A model generated the notes under the pieces. The model ran no database searches, had not been told where the DNA came from, and worked only from the letters and a program-made list of their open reading frames with translations. This document shows positions 31,903 through 41,482 of a DNA stretch of 64,000 nt, piece by piece (position 1 is the stretch's first letter; every line of letters begins with the position of its first letter). Position numbers and translations under genes: made by a program. Source of the DNA: Gemmatimonadales bacterium (GTDB taxonomy: Bacteria; Gemmatimonadota; Gemmatimonadetes; Gemmatimonadales; GWC2-71-9). Where the stretch lies: positions 5,701-69,700 of the forward strand of contig DASWCE010000230.1 of NCBI GenBank assembly GCA_036390255.1, written 5' to 3'.

Positions 31903-32980
31903 TTTGTGCATCCGTGAGGTATGGCGCCGGACCCAGCCGTAACAGCTCTCCCCGATAGTCGGTCCAGATGTTCTTCTTGCGTAACGCTTTTTGAATCTTC
32001 GCAGCCCGCGGCGCCGGGATCGCTAGGAATCCACCAATTGCATCGTTCCTCGAGCCACCAGACAGAATCTCGATTTGATGCTGGTTGAGCTCGCGCAGCT
32101 TCGGCGGCGTGAGCTTCTGGTCTTCGAAGAACTTGAAGACTGACGCCGCTCGATAGTGGCTCGTAAAGTCGTAGGTCGCACCCGCAAATCGCGCCGGCCC
32201 TGGACCATACGCGACACGACCGCCTGCCCGTGAGCGGCTGAGATCTGTGAATTCGCTGAACCAGCCGGTTACGACCGGCCGCAGATCGGAGTCCTGGGGA
32301 AACCGCAGAAACGCATTGCCGGGGCCGAGCTGGCAGTACTTGTATCCACCTCCGACGACGTACGCACGCTGCAGTCCTTCCGCTATAAGAGAAAACGGCA
32401 CGACGTTGAGCGCGTGATACGCGTCCACCACCAGTTCCGCGCCCACGCGCTCGCAGGCCTCCTGGACTACGCGGAGATTTGGGATGATGTGGGCATTCGT
32501 GTAAAGCACCGCGGACACGAGAACGGCTGCGGTGCGATCGTCCACCGAAATCGCCAGCCGCTCGGCCAGCGTCGCCGAAGGCATTGCCGGCACCTTGATG
32601 ACCTCGATGCCTTCTTCCGCCAAGCGATCAAGCTGGCGACGGATAGTGTGAAACTCAGCGTCTGTCGTCACCAGCTGGGGGCGCTTGCGGAGGGGCAGCG
32701 CCGACAGGAACCGCACGACGAGCTCATGGGTGTTTTGCGCCAGCGCGATGCGCTCGGGCGTATCGTCCAGGAGCCGTGCGAACCCGCGCCGCACCTCATC
32801 GGCCTTTGCAAACGCGAGATCCCACACGTCGTCGACATGCTCGGCAGTATCGAGCCACGCCTGCGCCTGCGCTTCGAACCCTACGTCCGGCCACGCCTGA
32901 TGTGAGTGACCTGTGAGAAGGATGCGCTCTGTGACGCGAAACCGGCGATAATGCTTGGCGAGCTCTTCCGGTGTGATCAC
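31853..32980 (-). CDS. kynU: Kynureninase (divergent, PLP fold type I)
   Basis: DAYHALNVVPFSL and the PLP-lysine context VVGGGYKYCQLGPGNAF (compare YKYLNGGPG in known kynureninases), TGWFSE, and C-terminal DYRGELLRLGPAPYL. GTGA overlap with the kynA stop. Confidence 0.78.
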   Translation of the reverse strand: MITPEELAKHYRRFRVTERILLTGHSHQAWPDVGFEAQAQAWLDTAEHVDDVWDLAFAKADEVRRGFARLLDDTPERIALAQNTHELVVRFLSALPLRKRPQLVTTDAEFHTIRRQLDRLAEEGIEVIKVPAMPSATLAERLAISVDDRTAAVLVSAVLYTNAHIIPNLRVVQEACERVGAELVVDAYHALNVVPFSLIAEGLQRAYVVGGGYKYCQLGPGNAFLRFPQDSDLRPVVTGWFSEFTDLSRSRAGGRVAYGPGPARFAGATYDFTSHYRAASVFKFFEDQKLTPPKLRELNQHQIEILSGGSRNDAIGGFLAIPAPRAAKIQKALRKKNIWTDYRGELLRLGPAPYLTDAQISEAAEALGVLLQKNL

Positions 32981-33759
32981 AGCTCGGAGCGAATCGCCCA
33001 CAGATCGGGAAAGGCTGGTTGATTCAACGTCGTGAGCAGATACTCGGCCCCCGCCGAACCCCCCGTGCCCGGCTTCGTCCCGATCGTCCGCTGCACCATC
33101 TTCACATGCCGATACCGCCACTCCATGAACCCCTCATCCAAATCCACCAGCCGCTCGGCGATCTGGGCAACCGTCGGGTTCTTCTTGTAGACCTCGACGA
33201 GAATCCGCTGTATTTCTGGTGACGGCTCGTACATCTGGCTGAAATCCCGCTGGAGCAACGCCTTCGGTACGGGATACTTGTTGGCCGCGAGATACTGAAG
33301 GAAAGCATCCCACAACGTCGGCTGGCTGAATCGACGCTCGACGCGTTTCCGGTTCTCGCTGCCCTCCGGATAGCGCTCGAACGAAGGCCGTCCCTTCTTG
33401 CCCAGCATGAATTCGATCTCGCGAAACTGATGCGACTGAAAGCCGCTCCCCGACTCCAACCGGTCCCGGAACGCCAAAAAGTTGAGCGGCGTGATCGTCT
33501 CGAGTACGTCAATCTGTGCAACTAATGTCTTGAGGATGGTGAGGATTCGTTTCAGAGTCGCTGCTGCGAGCGGGGTGTCGTTTGCGCGCAGGAGCTTCTG
33601 CAAATAGTCGAGCTCGTGCAGCACTTCTTTGAACCACAGCTCGTAGACCTGGTGGATGATCACAAAGAGTGTCTCGTCGTGCTCCAGCTCGCCTGGTCGG
33701 GGCTGCTGGAGCGACAAAAGCTCGTCGAGCTTCAAGTAACTCGAGTACGTGACGGTCAT
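32977..33759 (-). CDS. kynA: Tryptophan 2,3-dioxygenase
   Basis: [16 protein letters not shown] and [19 protein letters not shown] (haem-pocket His region); ATGA overlap with the upstream stop. Confidence 0.92.
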   Translation of the reverse strand: MTVTYSSYLKLDELLSLQQPRPGELEHDETLFVIIHQVYELWFKEVLHELDYLQKLLRANDTPLAAATLKRILTILKTLVAQIDVLETITPLNFLAFRDRLESGSGFQSHQFREIEFMLGKKGRPSFERYPEGSENRKRVERRFSQPTLWDAFLQYLAANKYPVPKALLQRDFSQMYEPSPEIQRILVEVYKKNPTVAQIAERLVDLDEGFMEWRYRHVKMVQRTIGTKPGTGGSAGAEYLLTTLNQPAFPDLWAIRSEL

Positions 33760-36005
33760 GGGCGTGGCTTGTAGCGGTTGAGCGTGGCGTACGGATCGGG
33801 CCAGGGCAGCGGATAGCCTTGCTCGTACGCCGCGTGCCGAGTCCAGTAAGGATCCCACAGATGCGCGCGTGCCAGCACGCACAGATCGGCGCGGCCGGCC
33901 GCGAGAATCGTGTTCACATCCTGGTACGACGAGATGTTGCCGACCGCCATCGTCGCAATGCCGACTTCGTGGCGAATGCGGTCGGCGAACGGGGTCTGAA
34001 ATTGCCGGCCGTACTGCGGCTTTGCATCGGCGACGGTTTGGCCCGCCGAGACGTCCGTGATGTCGCAGTCGTGCGCCTTCAGCATGCGGGCGACTTCGAC
34101 CGAATCGGCGGGCTGCATTCCACCCGGCACCCAGTCGACCGCGGAGATGCGCACCGACATCGGCTTATGGGAGGGCCAGGCGCCGCGCGCCGCGTCGAAC
34201 ACCTCGAGCGGAAACCGCATCCGATTTTCGAGCGAGCCGCCATACTCGTCCGTCCGCTTGTTCGTGAGTGGCGAGATGAAGCTCGCCAGCAAATAGCCGT
34301 GCGCGAAATGGAGCTCGAGCAGATCGAACCCCGCCTCGTGCGACATCTGCGCCGCCCGCACGAAGTGTTCCTTCACCTCGTCCATGTCGGCGCGCGTCAT
34401 CTCTTTGGGCACCTGACTGTAGGGGAAGTAGGGCAGGGGCGACGCCGAGATGATGGGCCAGTTTCCGTCGGGCAACGGCTCGTCCATCCCCTCCCACATG
34501 CGCTGGGTGGACGCCTTGCGTCCGGCGTGACCGAGCTGCATCGCGATCTTCGCATTGCTGTTCACGTGCACAAAGTCCACGATCCGCTTCCAGGCTGCGA
34601 CATGCTCGGGCTTGTACATGCCGGTGCAGCCCGGCGAAATCCGACCCTCTCGGGATACGTCCGTCATCTCGCTGAACACGAGCCCCGCACCGCCGATCGC
34701 TCGGCTTCCGAGATGCACCAGATGCCACTGGTTCGGCGTCCCGTCCTCTGCGACGTATTGGCACATCGGCGAAACCACGACGCGGTTACCGAGGAGCAGG
34801 TCGCGGAGCTTGAAGGGCGTGAACATGGGCGGGGGGGCGTGGGGCGTGGGGCGTGGTACCTGGGATTGCTTCTCTGCTTGATCGGCGTACCACTGGTCGA
34901 TCTCCTCGACGAATTTCGGATCGCGCACCTTGAGATTGTCGTGGGTGATGCGGAGGCTACGCGTGAGCAGATTGAACGCGAACTGCGGCGGCTCGAGGCT
35001 CATGTAGCGCTCGGTGTCTTCGAACCACTGCAGGCTCACTTGCGCGGCGCGCTGTAGACTCTCGACGGCCGGCCGGCGCTCGGTCTCGTATTCAGAGAGT
35101 GCGGTGCCCACGTCGGGGTGGCGTTGCAGCGCGCCGGCGAGCGCGATCGCATCTTCGATCGCGAGCTTGGTCCCCGATCCCACCGAGAAATGGGCCGTGT
35201 GCGCGGCGTCGCCGAGCAGGACGACATTGCCATGCGACCAGACGGCGTTCTTCACGGTGACGAACCGACGCCACAGCGAGCGGTTCTGCTGCAGGCGATG
35301 ACCCTCGAGCTCTTCTTTGAACAGGGCCTCGCAGAACGCGACGGTCTCGTCTTCAGTGGCGGTGTCGAGCCCCGTGTTGCGCCAAACCGCGTCGGTCGTC
35401 TCGACAATGAATGTCGAATGTCCCTGCTCGTACTGATATGCGTGCACACGCCACAGGCCGTGCTTGTCACGCTTGAAGTAGAACGTGAAGGCGGGGAAGG
35501 GGCGGGTGGTACCGAGCCAGACGAACCGGTTGGGCCGCTCGTCAAACGACGGCTGAAAATGCTCACGGAACCGTCCCCGCACGGTGCTGTTGAACCCGTC
35601 GGCACCGATGACGAGATCCGCGTCGGCATAGACCGCCGGATCCGTGACTTCGGTCCCGACTTCGATGCACACACCGAGCTCCTCACACCGCTCGCCTAAC
35701 ACTCCCAGCAGCGCGCGCCGCGATAGCCCGCTGAATCCGTGGCCGCTCGACGTGATCACGTGGCCGCGGTAATGGATGTCAATGTTGTCCCAGTGCGCGA
35801 AGTGACTCGCCATCGCATCGTAAGTCTCGGGATCGGCAGCGGCCAGATTGTTCTGCGTCGCGTCGGAGAAGACGACGCCGAACCCATACGTGTCGTCCAG
35901 ACGATTGCGCTCGAGAATCGTAATCTCGTGCTTCGGATAGGCCTTCTTCATCAGAATGCCGAAGTACAGCGCCGCCGGCCCGCCGCCGATCGTGACGATT
36001 CTCAT
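33756..36005 (-). CDS. Fusion of FAD aromatic-ring monooxygenase and OYE-type NAD(P)H:flavin oxidoreductase (2-aminobenzoyl-CoA monooxygenase/reductase or salicylyl-CoA 5-hydroxylase type)
   Basis: N-terminal half: [23 protein letters not shown] and [19 protein letters not shown]-terminal half: [15 protein letters not shown] and [14 protein letters not shown] (Old Yellow Enzyme family). 749 aa. Confidence 0.8.
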   Translation of the reverse strand: MRIVTIGGGPAALYFGILMKKAYPKHEITILERNRLDDTYGFGVVFSDATQNNLAAADPETYDAMASHFAHWDNIDIHYRGHVITSSGHGFSGLSRRALLGVLGERCEELGVCIEVGTEVTDPAVYADADLVIGADGFNSTVRGRFREHFQPSFDERPNRFVWLGTTRPFPAFTFYFKRDKHGLWRVHAYQYEQGHSTFIVETTDAVWRNTGLDTATEDETVAFCEALFKEELEGHRLQQNRSLWRRFVTVKNAVWSHGNVVLLGDAAHTAHFSVGSGTKLAIEDAIALAGALQRHPDVGTALSEYETERRPAVESLQRAAQVSLQWFEDTERYMSLEPPQFAFNLLTRSLRITHDNLKVRDPKFVEEIDQWYADQAEKQSQVPRPTPHAPPPMFTPFKLRDLLLGNRVVVSPMCQYVAEDGTPNQWHLVHLGSRAIGGAGLVFSEMTDVSREGRISPGCTGMYKPEHVAAWKRIVDFVHVNSNAKIAMQLGHAGRKASTQRMWEGMDEPLPDGNWPIISASPLPYFPYSQVPKEMTRADMDEVKEHFVRAAQMSHEAGFDLLELHFAHGYLLASFISPLTNKRTDEYGGSLENRMRFPLEVFDAARGAWPSHKPMSVRISAVDWVPGGMQPADSVEVARMLKAHDCDITDVSAGQTVADAKPQYGRQFQTPFADRIRHEVGIATMAVGNISSYQDVNTILAAGRADLCVLARAHLWDPYWTRHAAYEQGYPLPWPDPYATLNRYKPRP

Positions 36006-37138
36006 TTGATGAGCTGGCCCGCGATGATGAGGTGCTGGATTTCCGTCGTCCCCTCGTAGATGCGCAAGGCGCGCACGGAGCGGTAGAGCCGATCGACGGG
36101 ATGGTCGGCCAGCACCCCGCGACCGCCCAGGATCTGGACCGCGTCATCGACGATCCGCTGGGCGGCTTCGGTCGCGAACGCCTTCGCCATCGCGGCCTCG
36201 AGCGTGACGCGCGGCGCGCCGCGATCCTTTTCCCACGCCGCCCGATAGACGAGCAGCCGCGCCGCCGTCAGGTCGGTGGCCATCCGGGCCAGTTTCTCCT
36301 GAATCAGCTGGAAATCGGCGATCGGCTTGCCGAACTGTCGCCGCGATTTCGCATGGGCGAGTGCTTCGGCCAGCGCGCGCGTCGCCATGCCGCACGCCGC
36401 CGCGCCGACGGTCGCGCGCACCCGGTCCAGCGTGGCCAGACCCAGCTTGAACCCTTCGCCCGGAGGATCGAGCCGGCACGCGCTCGGCACCGACGCCTGC
36501 TGAAACGCAATCTCCCCCAGCGGGTGCGGCGCAGACAGGAGCAGCGGCCGCACGAATCGTAGCCCCGGGGTATCGGCCGTGACGACGAAACACCCGATGC
36601 CCTTGTCCTTCTTGGCGCGGTCGGTGGTCGCGAAGACCGTATAAAAGTCGGCGATGCCGGCATTGGAGATGAAGGTCTTCGTGCCTGAGAGCAAATAGCC
36701 GTCGCCGTTTGGTTCCGCGGTCGCGCCGAGCGAGGCGACATCGGAGCCGGCATCGGGCTCGGTCATCGCGAACGACGCCATCGCGTGACCCTGAATCGCC
36801 GGGTCGAGCCAGCGCTGGCGCATGGCATCGTTGGCGGAGAGCAGCATCGGGACGACGCCAAGCGCCTGCAACGCGAACACGGCGTCGGCGAGCGGTGACG
36901 CCGCGGCGAGCGCCTCGCGCACAATACAACAGGCGCGCCAATCCTGATCGCGAATCGGCTTGAGCCAGCCGGCGGCGCCCAGTTTCCCGAGGAGCTCGCG
37001 GGCCTGCTGGCGCGCAGTCGCATCATCCTTCGGCTCGGCGAGCGGCGCGAGCTGGCGCATGGCGAACTCGCTCACACGGGCGGCCAGGGTCAGGTGCCGC
37101 TCGTCGAGGAATGCGCGGACCGGCGCCGTGTCGACCAT
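36002..37138 (-). CDS. Acyl-CoA dehydrogenase
   Basis: [19 protein letters not shown] and [10 protein letters not shown] motifs; ATGA overlap downstream. Confidence 0.9.
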   Translation of the reverse strand: MVDTAPVRAFLDERHLTLAARVSEFAMRQLAPLAEPKDDATARQQARELLGKLGAAGWLKPIRDQDWRACCIVREALAAASPLADAVFALQALGVVPMLLSANDAMRQRWLDPAIQGHAMASFAMTEPDAGSDVASLGATAEPNGDGYLLSGTKTFISNAGIADFYTVFATTDRAKKDKGIGCFVVTADTPGLRFVRPLLLSAPHPLGEIAFQQASVPSACRLDPPGEGFKLGLATLDRVRATVGAAACGMATRALAEALAHAKSRRQFGKPIADFQLIQEKLARMATDLTAARLLVYRAAWEKDRGAPRVTLEAAMAKAFATEAAQRIVDDAVQILGGRGVLADHPVDRLYRSVRALRIYEGTTEIQHLIIAGQLIK

Positions 37139-37938
37139 CAGATGAACTTGGGATCGCGCTTGGCGCGGAACGCATCGTGCGCTTCGCGGAAGTTCGGTCC
37201 CTGCATGAGCTGCGCCTGCACCTCCGCCTCATACGCCAGCGCGGCGTCCAGGTCGAGTGCGGCTTCCGCTTCGAGCGCCTGCTTCGTCACGCCCAGTGCG
37301 GCCGACGGTCCGCGCGCCAGCCGCTCGGCGACACCGCGCGCCTCCGGCAGGACCTGCGCCTGCGGCACGACTCGGTTGTAGAGCCCGATCTCGTACGCCC
37401 GTTTCGCGTCCATGAAGTCGCCACTGAGCAGCAGCTCCGCCGCGTGGCCGTAGCCGATGAGGCGCGGCAGGAGCCAGGCCGCACCCATGTCGGCGCCCGA
37501 GAGTCCGACTCTGGTAAAGAGAAAAGCAATCTTCGCCGACTCGGCGGCCACGCGAATGTCGCAGGCAGCGGCGATGACCGCTCCCGCGCCGGCCACGGTG
37601 CCGTTGAGCGCGCCGACGATCGGCCGGCGGCAGCGCCGCATGGCGAGGATGAGGTCGCAGGTGATGCGGGTGAAGTGCTTCAACGCCTCGAGGTCACGCC
37701 CGAGCAACGCCCCGATGATGTCCTCGACGTCGCCACCCGAACAGAATGCGCGACCGGCCCCAGTAATGATGATGGCGCGGACGCCGGGCTCCGTGTCGAG
37801 GCCCTGGAAAGCGTCGCGCAGCTCCTTGTACACGGCGAACGTGAGTGCATTGAGCCGCTCAGGGCGGTTGAGCGTGATCGTGGCGACCTGAGTCTTCTGG
37901 TCGAGCTCGTAGAGGAACGACTCCGCGAAGACGCTCAT
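37138..37938 (-). CDS. Enoyl-CoA hydratase/isomerase (crotonase) family protein
   Basis: ITLNRPERLNAL and GAGRAFCSGGD motifs; ATG 37938 overlaps the RidA stop (ATGA). Confidence 0.88.
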   Translation of the reverse strand: MSVFAESFLYELDQKTQVATITLNRPERLNALTFAVYKELRDAFQGLDTEPGVRAIIITGAGRAFCSGGDVEDIIGALLGRDLEALKHFTRITCDLILAMRRCRRPIVGALNGTVAGAGAVIAAACDIRVAAESAKIAFLFTRVGLSGADMGAAWLLPRLIGYGHAAELLLSGDFMDAKRAYEIGLYNRVVPQAQVLPEARGVAERLARGPSAALGVTKQALEAEAALDLDAALAYEAEVQAQLMQGPNFREAHDAFRAKRDPKFI

Positions 37939-38315
37939 AGTATGGCGACCGCTTCGATCTCGACGAGCGCCTTGGAGTCCATCAGCGATTTCACTTCGAC
38001 GACGGCCATCGCCGGATAATGACGGCCCATATGTTTGCGGTGAACCTCGCCCAGCGGGCTCAAGTTGGCGAGATACGCCGCGCGGTCCGTGATGTAGCAG
38101 ATCATGCGCCCGACGTTTTCCGGCGTGCCGCCGGCCGACCGCACGACCTCCATCACACGCCCCAGCGCGCCGTCCCATTGCGCGACGAAATCACCGACGG
38201 GAACGATCTGGCCGGCGACGAACAAAATGCGCCCGCCCTTCTCCGCCAGCATCCCGTGATTCCAGCCACTCGGCCGCGCGCCGAATATTTTGGGGTTGAT
38301 GATCTCGTACACCAT
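37935..38315 (-). CDS. RidA/YjgF-family (enamine/imine deaminase family) protein
   Basis: 126 aa; ILFVAGQI...MICYITD...PAMAVVEVKSL...VEIEAVA, typical of the family. Confidence 0.82.
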   Translation of the reverse strand: MVYEIINPKIFGARPSGWNHGMLAEKGGRILFVAGQIVPVGDFVAQWDGALGRVMEVVRSAGGTPENVGRMICYITDRAAYLANLSPLGEVHRKHMGRHYPAMAVVEVKSLMDSKALVEIEAVAIL

Positions 38316-38323
38316 TGCTCTCC

Positions 38324-39088
38324 CTATCCTGCGATCGTAACGGCCGTGCCGTTGGGTCGCTGGCCATGCGGGTCGGCGAGCGCCAGGACGGCTTCGGCGA
38401 CTTCTTCCGGCGTGATCAGCCGCCGCTGTGACGCCGACGCCAGCAACGCGGACAGTGCGGCAGCGGGATCCTTGCCCGTCTTCGTGACGACACGCTCGAC
38501 TGATTCCTGAGTCATCTCGGTATCTACAAAGCCGGGACAGACCGCATTGCACGTCACGCCGGTGCCTTCGACCTCGGCGGCGACACTTTGTGTCAGGCCG
38601 ATCACGGCATGCTTGGCCGCGGCGTACGCGGCGATATAGCGCCCACCTGTCAGTCCCGCGACCGACGCGACATTGACGATCGAGCCTCGTCCGCGCTCGA
38701 GCATGCCGCCGAGGAACGCGCGCGTACACAGAAACGTACCTGTCGCGTTCACTGCCAGCACGCGGTTCCAGTCCTCGAGCGAGGTCTTCGCCACCGGTGC
38801 GCTATGCGCAACCCCGGCGTTGTTGACCAGGATGTCGACGCTTCCGGCACTTCGCGTGGCAGCCTTGACGAGATCCGCGACACTGGCCACGTCGGTGACG
38901 TCGCATGGCACCGCCCACGCCTTGCCGCCACGGCCGCGGATTTCAGTTGCAACCTGCTCGATGCGATCGGTGCGGCGCGCCGCGACGACGACCGCGGCGC
39001 CCTCGGCGGCCAGCGCGTTCGCGACGGCGGCGCCGATGCCCTGGCCGCCCCCGGTGACCAACGCGACCGCGCCGTCAAATCTCCGCAA
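38324..39088 (-). CDS. Short-chain dehydrogenase/reductase (3-hydroxyacyl-CoA/3-oxoacyl reductase-like)
   Basis: AGGAGG 6 nt before TTG 39088; ALVTGGGQGIGAA, NNAG and YAAAKHA (YxxxK) motifs. Confidence 0.88.
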   Translation of the reverse strand: MRRFDGAVALVTGGGQGIGAAVANALAAEGAAVVVAARRTDRIEQVATEIRGRGGKAWAVPCDVTDVASVADLVKAATRSAGSVDILVNNAGVAHSAPVAKTSLEDWNRVLAVNATGTFLCTRAFLGGMLERGRGSIVNVASVAGLTGGRYIAAYAAAKHAVIGLTQSVAAEVEGTGVTCNAVCPGFVDTEMTQESVERVVTKTGKDPAAALSALLASASQRRLITPEEVAEAVLALADPHGQRPNGTAVTIAG

Positions 39089-39830
39089 GCACGGCCTCCT
39101 CGAGGATCGCACCCAACGCGTCAACGAGACGCGAGCCCTCGCCGGCGGTGGCGGCGGCGGGGTCGCCAAAGTAAGCGCGTGGACCACCGGCTTCCTCGAA
39201 CGTTCGTTTGCCCGCACGGATCGCGTCGGAGAGCGAGGGCGGGTTGGGCGGCAAAGTGCCCCGGACCGCCTCGCGGACGGCCGCGGGACGCTCGCTGAGG
39301 ACGATCGAGCTCTCGAACTGGCCCGCGTGACACGCGCCGCTTTTGAATTCCTCTCCGAGCCTCAAGGCCCACGGCTTCTGCGTCAGGTCGGGGAAGACGA
39401 CCGGCAGCAGCCGATCGGCGCGAGCGAGCTTCACGGCTTCGTTCAGCGCCGTGAGATGCTCCGGGTCGAGATGGGCATTGGCGATCGCCAGCAGTCGAAA
39501 CCCTTGCTGCGACAGGCTGCGCGCCAGATCCACGATGACGGCGGTGACTGTGATTCCGGAAATGGACAACGTGCCGTGAAACGCGGCGCCGAAGCTGGCC
39601 GCGGTATAGGCGAGCGCGGGCAGAATCACGCTGTCATTCCCCCGTGCCGCGAGCCGCATGGCTCCCGCTCGGGCCATGGCACTGGCGATCAGGACGTCGG
39701 TCTCGAGCGGGAGATGCGGCCCGTGCGCTTCGATGGCTCCGATGGGCAGTATCGCTAGGGTGCGCGCGCGGCCCAAGTCCCGGACTTCCTCCCAGGTGAG
39801 TTGCGCCAGCTCATGAACCGGCATCATCAT
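39075..39830 (-). CDS. Creatininase (creatinine amidohydrolase) family metal-dependent hydrolase
   Basis: LTWEEV...LPIGAIEAHGPHLPLETD plus the downstream IANAHLDP and CHAGQFESS segments; starts with ATGATGATG. Confidence 0.8.
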   Translation of the reverse strand: MMMPVHELAQLTWEEVRDLGRARTLAILPIGAIEAHGPHLPLETDVLIASAMARAGAMRLAARGNDSVILPALAYTAASFGAAFHGTLSISGITVTAVIVDLARSLSQQGFRLLAIANAHLDPEHLTALNEAVKLARADRLLPVVFPDLTQKPWALRLGEEFKSGACHAGQFESSIVLSERPAAVREAVRGTLPPNPPSLSDAIRAGKRTFEEAGGPRAYFGDPAAATAGEGSRLVDALGAILEEAVLAEI

Positions 39831-39838
39831 CCTTTCGC

Positions 39839-41362
39839 ATGCTACGCGAGATCCCTGAGCGTCTGAACATCGCCGATTGGCTGTTGGACGCGCGCGTCCG
39901 GGAGGGGAGGGGAGACCGGCCGGCGCTGCTGACAGACCAGGGCACACTCACCTACCGTGAGGTGCAGACGCTCGCGAACCGATTCGGTCATCTGCTCCAG
40001 AGCGCCGGCGTAGAGCCGGAACAACGCGTGATCATCGCGCTCCCCGATGGGCCGGAGTTCGTCGCCGCGCTGTTCGGCACACTCAAAGTTGGCGCGGTGG
40101 TGGTGATGGTCAACCCACAGCTGGCCGTAGATGCGATCGAGTACTTCTACACATACACGAGAGCCACGGTCGCACTCGTGCACCGCCACACCGCACCGGT
40201 ATTTCAGGCGGCGCGCAGTGCCGCCGGAAGCTATCTCAAGCAGATCATTGTGGTGGGGGAGCCGGGAACGGCGCGTGCCATCGACGGCGCGTCACCCGAC
40301 CAGGACACGTTCCCGAGTCACCGCGACGACGCCGCGATCTGGTTGTTCTCCGGCGGCACGACCGGCAAGCCGAAGGCGGTGGTACAAAGTCACCGCTCTT
40401 TCGCCAATACGACCCTGTGTTACGGTCAAGGCGTGCTCGGTCTTACGGAGCGTGACATCACGCTTGCGGTACCGAAGCTGTTCTTTGGGTACGCGACCGG
40501 CTCGAACCTGTTCTTTCCGTTTTCGGTCGGTGCGGCGGTCGCCCTGTTTCCCGAGAAGAGCACCGCGGAAACGCTGTTCGCCAAGATCCGCAGATTCGGC
40601 CCGACGGTCCTCGTGAACGTGCCGACGATGGTGAACCAGATGGTCGCTCATCCCGACGCCAAGCAGCAGGATCTGTCGTCGCTCCGGCTCGCGACCTCCG
40701 CCGGCGAAGCGCTGCCCGTCGAGCTGTATGAGCGCTGGAAGAAGACGTTCGGGGTGGAGCTACTCGACGGACTCGGCACGGCGGAGATGTGGCACATCTT
40801 CATTTCGAACCAGCCCGGCGCGGTCAAGCCTGGCACGATCGGGACCGTCGTACCGGGCTTCGACGTCAGAGTGCGCGACGACCTGGGGCACGACTTGCCG
40901 GATGGTGAAGTCGGCATGCTGTGGGTGCGCGGCGGATCGCGGGCGATCGGCTACTGGCAGCAGATGGAGAAGACGCAGGCTGCATTCCGCGGCGAGTGGT
41001 ACGTCTCGGGCGATCTCATCCGCCGCGATGCCGAGGGCTACTTCACCTACTGCGGTCGCGCCGACGACTTGTTGAAGGTCGGGGGCAAATGGCTCGCGCC
41101 ACAGGAGGTGGAAGGTTGTTTGCTCCAGCACCCGCTCGTCAAAGAAGTCGCCGTCGTGGGTGTGGAAGATGCGAGTGGGTTGACGAAGCCGCATGCGTTT
41201 GTCGTTGCGACGGAAGAACGGCCAGGCCTTGCCGAGGAGCTTCAGGCATTCGCCCGCGAGCGACTGGAGCCGTACAAGGCGCCGCGCACGGTCAGATTCC
41301 TCGATGCTCTCCCCCGAACCCACTTGGGCAAGGTGGACCGTGGCAAGCTCCGGCTTCAATGA
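39839..41362 (+). CDS. Benzoate-CoA-ligase-family aryl-CoA ligase (candidate 2-aminobenzoate-CoA ligase)
   Basis: AMP-binding core WLFSGGTTGKPKAV, YVSGDLIRRDAEGYFTYCGRADDLLKVGGKWL and C-terminal PRTHLGKVDR. Confidence 0.88.
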   Translation: MLREIPERLNIADWLLDARVREGRGDRPALLTDQGTLTYREVQTLANRFGHLLQSAGVEPEQRVIIALPDGPEFVAALFGTLKVGAVVVMVNPQLAVDAIEYFYTYTRATVALVHRHTAPVFQAARSAAGSYLKQIIVVGEPGTARAIDGASPDQDTFPSHRDDAAIWLFSGGTTGKPKAVVQSHRSFANTTLCYGQGVLGLTERDITLAVPKLFFGYATGSNLFFPFSVGAAVALFPEKSTAETLFAKIRRFGPTVLVNVPTMVNQMVAHPDAKQQDLSSLRLATSAGEALPVELYERWKKTFGVELLDGLGTAEMWHIFISNQPGAVKPGTIGTVVPGFDVRVRDDLGHDLPDGEVGMLWVRGGSRAIGYWQQMEKTQAAFRGEWYVSGDLIRRDAEGYFTYCGRADDLLKVGGKWLAPQEVEGCLLQHPLVKEVAVVGVEDASGLTKPHAFVVATEERPGLAEELQAFARERLEPYKAPRTVRFLDALPRTHLGKVDRGKLRLQ

Positions 41363-41392
41363 GGCGTTTGGACCGATTACTTTGGTGTGCCT

Positions 41393-41479
41393 GGATAGGT
41401 GGCCGAGCGGCTGAAGGCACACGCCTGGAGAGCGTGTAAACGGGTAACCGTTTCGTGGGTTCGAATCCCACCCTATCCG
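41393..41479 (+). tRNA. tRNA-Ser (anticodon GGA)
   Basis: Hand-folded cloverleaf: acceptor GGATAGG/CCTATCC, anticodon stem CACGC/GCGTG with loop CTGGAGA, long variable arm, T-loop GGTTCGAATCC, discriminator G. No encoded CCA. Confidence 0.93.
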
Positions 41480-41482
41480 CTT

